The notes under the pieces were generated by a model, which did no database searches, had not been told where the DNA came from, and saw only the letters and a program-made list of their open reading frames with translations. Source: Octopus sinensis (lineage: Eukaryota). From it: a DNA stretch of 64,000 nucleotides. Below, in pieces: positions 59,111 through 64,000 of the stretch (its first letter is position 1; each line of letters begins with the position of its first letter). Location: the NCBI RefSeq assembly GCF_006345805.1, contig NC_042999.1:89900001-89964000 (forward strand), written 5' to 3'. The translations under genes and the position numbers were made by a program.

Positions 59111-59115
<5 letters not shown>
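57236..59115 (+). mobile_element. Young 5'-truncated R4/Dong-like LINE
   Basis: RRGIFQGDTLSPLLF, HLLYMDDLKLY, FGLEKCA, CRICGDGQETIDHIISGCPVLAKKEYIHRHD, NRPDIVVRD, EKLSKYKDLEIEV.RMW, IPIIVGALG; two homopolymer frameshifts and one TGA; 3' UTR runs into (AAT)n. Confidence 0.93.
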
Positions 59116-59317
<202 letters not shown>

Positions 59318-59605
59318 GCCCTGACGCAATGCCAGGCAGTGGCTCTCGTGGCTTCTGATCTTAACTGATTGGAAGTGTTATCATGTACATTGTTTTGTCT
59401 TGGTATAAAAGATGGGCTACAGCAAATATTCTGCTCAATACCACAGATTTGCTTGTCAGTCGTTTGACCTTAACCAGTTGAGCATGTCCCTTAGTGGCTG
59501 ACGATATGTGCATCTCTGATCACGAGCAGAAATTGTTGGGGAGCACCATAGCTATATGTTGAGAGGGATTCTTTGGGGTTTGAATAATTCACCTCTGGAA
59601 ACATG
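59318..59605. mobile_element. Second copy of the AAT-associated non-coding repeat (includes the gccctga... end)
   Basis: Shared sequence with 46241-46470; first ~45 nt also at 47279-47325. Confidence 0.8.
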
Positions 59606-59899
59606 GAATTAGCCAGATAAAATAAGAAAAGAAGGGTAAACATTAACTGCACGTAAAGTTGGACAAGTTAAGAAGTATTATGGCCACGGGGAACACATGA
59701 AGCGAGAAGTATTCAGCTGTTAGAAAACGTTTAGAATGTATATACTATGTGATTGTACAGTCACCTCAGAATGAATAGCAAGCAAACAATTCAAATAGCA
59801 TAAAATTTGGAGAATTTTTTTTTAAATTATCATTTTCAGAGAGGTTATTAAATAACTTGAAGTAAACTTTTGAAGAGGATTAAGAAGCAACAACAGAAA

Positions 59900-60790
59900 T
59901 TGCGAAACGGTTCTTCAAAATGGTGATTAAAAAACAAAAAGATGGAGCAGCCATAGGTCCAGATTATTTCTAATTGTAATATGAAACAATGTAGTACCAA
60001 ACACAAACATATAATATGCATTTGGTGCTAGGAAATTAAAAACAAAATGGAAAGGATCCAACAAAACTAGGCATCGCAGAAATAGATAAGTAATAGTTTC
60101 AAATCTCGGTACAGGGCCAGTGGCTTTTAAGAGAGGGGGAAGTCGATTACATCGATTCCAATATTTGACCAGTACTTATTTTATCAACTCCAAAAGTATG
60201 AAAGGCAAGGTCGACATCAGCGGAATTTGAACTCAGAACATAAAGACGGGCGAAATGCCGCTAACGATTCTACCAGCCCGCCAATTTAGTAAAGTCTTCA
60301 CCACAAGAAACTATGGAAAATAGATGACGGAGGTTGTAAAAAAATAAGCTGTTTCTGGCAGCTTCATAAACAAACAAACATTATAGATATGATGGGATGG
60401 GTGCTATATACTAGAACCTATGCCAAATCTATAGATTTATCCGCTGAAAATGAAATGGTAAAACATACTCAATGAAATCAATAAAAGAGAATGACCAATT
60501 GAGCATACTCTAGAAAGTATTTACTCAGACAATGATAACAAAAGATGGTATTGCCAAATACCACCAGAGAAAGGATGTCTCATAAAAGACATGCCAATAT
60601 ATCTCTGAGCGGGATTTGAGAATTTATACAACTATAAAAACTTGGAAAGAAGGATGTCTAGAATCTGGGTTTCAAACTGTAAGAACCTGAAAAATAGGAA
60701 CCTTGTTGCCAAAACCCTAAAACCTACAAATATAAAATGTTTAGAAAGTAGCACTACTTAGGTACTTCGTAAAATATTACGTAATATGTT
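59900..60790 (+). mobile_element. Fragmented R4-like LINE remnants with an internal SINE family 2 copy (~60100-60285, minus)
   Basis: Degenerate similarity to 57236-59115 (KRW.., ....LGTS). Confidence 0.45.
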
Positions 60791-61924
60791 CACAATGCAA
60801 TAAAACAGGCAAGAAAAATAGGCAAACTCTAAACAGATTGTACAAAATGAAAGCATTAATACGTATTTACAACAAAAATATTAGTGCTATATTAACAATG
60901 ATATACTTACTACGACTCCCAAAATGCATAGACATATTTCTAAAAACAGCATGAGACCCATCATCATTGTTGATGTGGATACCATTATCTTGGAGAGGTT
61001 GCAATTGTCTGAGGAACTATTGGTTTATCACTGAAAGACCTGTTTAGTTACCTTTCTGTCTCTTTCTATGGATGAAATGCTGTTGTAATAAAGATAGTTT
61101 GATTTATATATATGTATATATATGCAAGCTTGCGAACATAAGCTTATGCGTACTCTCCCGTGATTGCTTGTTTGTTGATGTATTCGTGTGCTTTTATGTT
61201 TGTTTGAAACATTGAAAGTGGAAAGAAATAAAAATCGGAAGGCTAGAAGATAGACAGAGAAGGAAAGAGGGGATGAATTAGAGAGTGAGGGGTGGAAATC
61301 AAAGAAATACGTACAGTATAGTGGATGTTAAATTGGATAGAGAAAATTGTTCTCCTAGTCCGCCTCCATATTATAATTTTAGTCTCATTGGCTATAAAAT
61401 ATTTGTGGGGAGTGGAAGAAGATTGCTTGGTTACATTATGTAATTATTTCTTTGAGGTTTAGGGCAAAATAATACAATTCAAATGTTCCAGTTTAGAACA
61501 GATAATCTATGGTGATGGGGAACTTATTCAATTAATATGTTACTTACAACATTAAGTACGGCGAGGTGGCAGAATCATTTGCATGTATAACCCAAATGAT
61601 TAAGTTCGCTTCGCATTTACTATTTCCAGGGTTCGCTCTTGCGGCATGGCACCGTGTGTAAATATCACTTTCGTTGCCTAGGGTCGACTCACGTTCTGTG
61701 AATGAAATTAGAGTGACAGAAATTGTATGAAATCCCATCGAGTGGATTCTATCTACAATTCAATCGATACAGATTTGTCACACACAGCCATGCTGATTCT
61801 ACCCGAGAATTACGCTAATGGTGCAATGTTTTTGCAGAATGCTCAGCACTTACTTCTTAATTCAGGAGCAGGTAATATTCATGTGTGTGTGTGTGTGTGT
61901 GTGCGTGCAGGTGCGTGCAGGTGC

Positions 61925-62074
61925 GTGCAGGTGCGGTTGTGAGGTAAGAAGCTTGCTTTCCAACCAAATGGTTCTGGGTTCAATCCCACTGCGTGGCACC
62001 TTGGCAAATATCTTTTCCAATAGCCTCGGGCCGATCAAGCTGAAAGAAGCCTGTCGCATAGATGTATGTAGATA

Positions 62075-62145
<71 letters not shown>

Positions 62146-62340
62146 CTGTGTCTGTGTTTGCCCCCTGTTATCGCTTGACAACCGATGTTAGTGTGTTCCC
62201 GTAACTCAACGGTTCGGTAAAAGAAACCGATAGAATAAGTACTCGTCTTACAAAGTTCTGGAGTTAATTTCTTCGACTAAAAAACGCTTAAAGGCGGTGC
62301 ATGGTTGCAGTCAAATGACTGAAACAAGAAACAGAATAAA
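61925..62340 (+). mobile_element. SINE family 1 with (GT)n centre
   Basis: gtaagaagcttgctttccaacc, ggttcaatccc, gcaccttggcaa, tail gtcaaatgactgaaacaag. Confidence 0.88.
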
Positions 62341-63548
62341 AGAATATATATATAATTAATAATATCAGGGTAATAAAGATTTTAGAAATTTTTACTACCA
62401 GTGGCCTAGCGTATAGAAAAATTAGTCAATAGACTATATATAATTCATATAAAATACAGTGTACATTTAAACACATTAAGCGGTATCCATCATAGGTCTC
62501 CCTTACGCTAGAAGGAACCGCTAAAATCCAAACCACTAATTAGGGATAAAATCTCGAAGGGAATGAAAAATAAAAACATTTACCATTTATTTCCTGGACC
62601 ATGGTTTCTGACTTTTTTTTAGCAAATAAAATAATTTGCCAGGCGCCTGTTGACGAAGACTTCGCCTAGCAAATTCTATTTTTCAAAAATACTTTGAAAT
62701 CGGAAAGAAATGAAAAGGAAGAATTTGGTAAGTTGAATGGTAGTCCAATTTCGAGTTAGTCTCACCTATGCGCAGAAAAATTTGAAATATTTTCCCGGAT
62801 TTAATAATAACCACTCTGAAAGCGAAGTTCGTTCGCATCAATAATGTTCAATGCGTTTCTATGGCATTAATTGATGTGACATCTTTAAATGGAAAGCTTG
62901 CTTGTTTATCACATGTCGTCGTCCGTGTTACACTACCAACCTCTGATCACATCCTCAAATAGATGAAACTGAGCAGATATGCAATAATGGCGATGTAAAT
63001 GATACTCTGATATGAATTATTATCAAACATCCACTGTATTGAACTTTCTTTTGTCTAACTATAAACTCACTAAACTAGGAAACTTTGTGGGAGATTAAAT
63101 CATTAACTTTTCCATTTTTTTTAATTGCTAATTAAAAATGAATATCTGATGTGCATATTTTCCAAACATTGATTATGCTCTTACTGATATATTTAACATG
63201 CCCTAACAAAGATGCAACAAAAGCAAACACAAATCTACAGCCAACTTTTTCTTACAGATGCTGATTGATTGCATGTGTTTTAAGTTTATTTTAAATGATA
63301 CTAGCGAAACCCATGGAATTTCAACAAGTTTCACTTGAGAAAAGTGAAGACTGTTGTCTTTGTGACTGTGATGGTGGAGACGACAATGAATAGCAGGCGA
63401 GATAGATAGATTGATGGATAGAGTGAAAGACAGACACACAGACAGAGAAAGGAGTGAGGAGTAGAATGGAAAATTATGACATACAATTATTCACAAATAC
63501 ACATTCATGCACACAACCACTCTCATATACACACACATATATCTACAA

Positions 63549-63674
63549 ACATACATACATACATACATACATACATACATACATACATACATACATGCAT
63601 ACATACATACATACATACATACATACATACATACATACATACATACATACATACATACATACATACATACATAC
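63549..63674. repeat. (CATA)n microsatellite
   Basis: Direct observation. Confidence 0.97.
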
Positions 63675-63935
63675 ACCTGACATAGTGATTTGGGTTAGAG
63701 AAGAGAAACTCTGTATAGTTGTAGAAATCAGCTGCCCTGCAGATGTTAACATAAAGCTAAAGATCAGTGAAAAAGAGAATATCTACGCTGAACTATCGAG
63801 AAATCTACAGTTACTCTTTCCAGATTACAAGTTTAGGTTTATACCTATAATTTTGGGGGCACTTGGATATGTGACAAACTGCCTAAATACCAATCTTGAA
63901 AAATTAGGCATCTCAAAACCAGAAAGGAGACTGTA
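63675..63935 (+). mobile_element. Restriction-like-endonuclease LINE 3' fragment beginning at the CATA array
   Basis: TPDIVIW...CIVVEISCPAD...EKENIYAEL...FIPIILGALG (PD...D/E..P.D, IP+++GALG). Confidence 0.8.
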
Positions 63936-64000
63936 AAACTATCCAGAAGTTTAAGTATTCTACTATTGCCTTATTTAAAATAGTTAAATCAGAATTCCGT

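Noticed and set aside
59318-59400. Possible U2 snRNA or 5S rRNA derivation of the microsatellite-associated repeat end
   Set aside because: Only short partial matches by eye; not supportable without alignment

Overview
AT-rich, repeat-dense eukaryotic genomic DNA; the SINE/LINE repertoire and microsatellite load suggest an octopod cephalopod (inference, not proven). Two host genes converge tail-to-tail near the left end. (1) The 3' end of TTC21B/IFT139 lies on + (exons 3500-3613, 4867-4934, 5085-5162). The first two visible exons are out of phase, and about 77 conserved residues expected between them cannot be found. (2) A 15-exon astacin (M12A) zinc metalloprotease lies on - (38020 to 5665; 1719 nt, 572 aa, signal-peptide exon not located). 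It has a propeptide, an RGKR furin site, the HELGHAIGLFH zinc motif, an SIMHY Met-turn, a Cys linker and six ShKT domains, each on its own phase-1 exon; two of them come from a recent ~1.3-kb tandem duplication. The rest is mobile DNA: mariner, pogo, Chapaev3-like CMC, Buster-type hAT, Helitron, MITEs/foldbacks, RTE, CR1-like, L1/Tx1 and R4/Dong-like LINEs, and several tRNA-derived SINE families. The most unusual items are a tRNA-headed SINE with a Penelope-type inverted insertion structure and hammerhead-ribozyme-like core, ORF1-only Tx1-like retroelements, retroelement pile-ups in (AAT)n arrays, and two long intronic foldbacks. All assignments were made by eye, with no database search.
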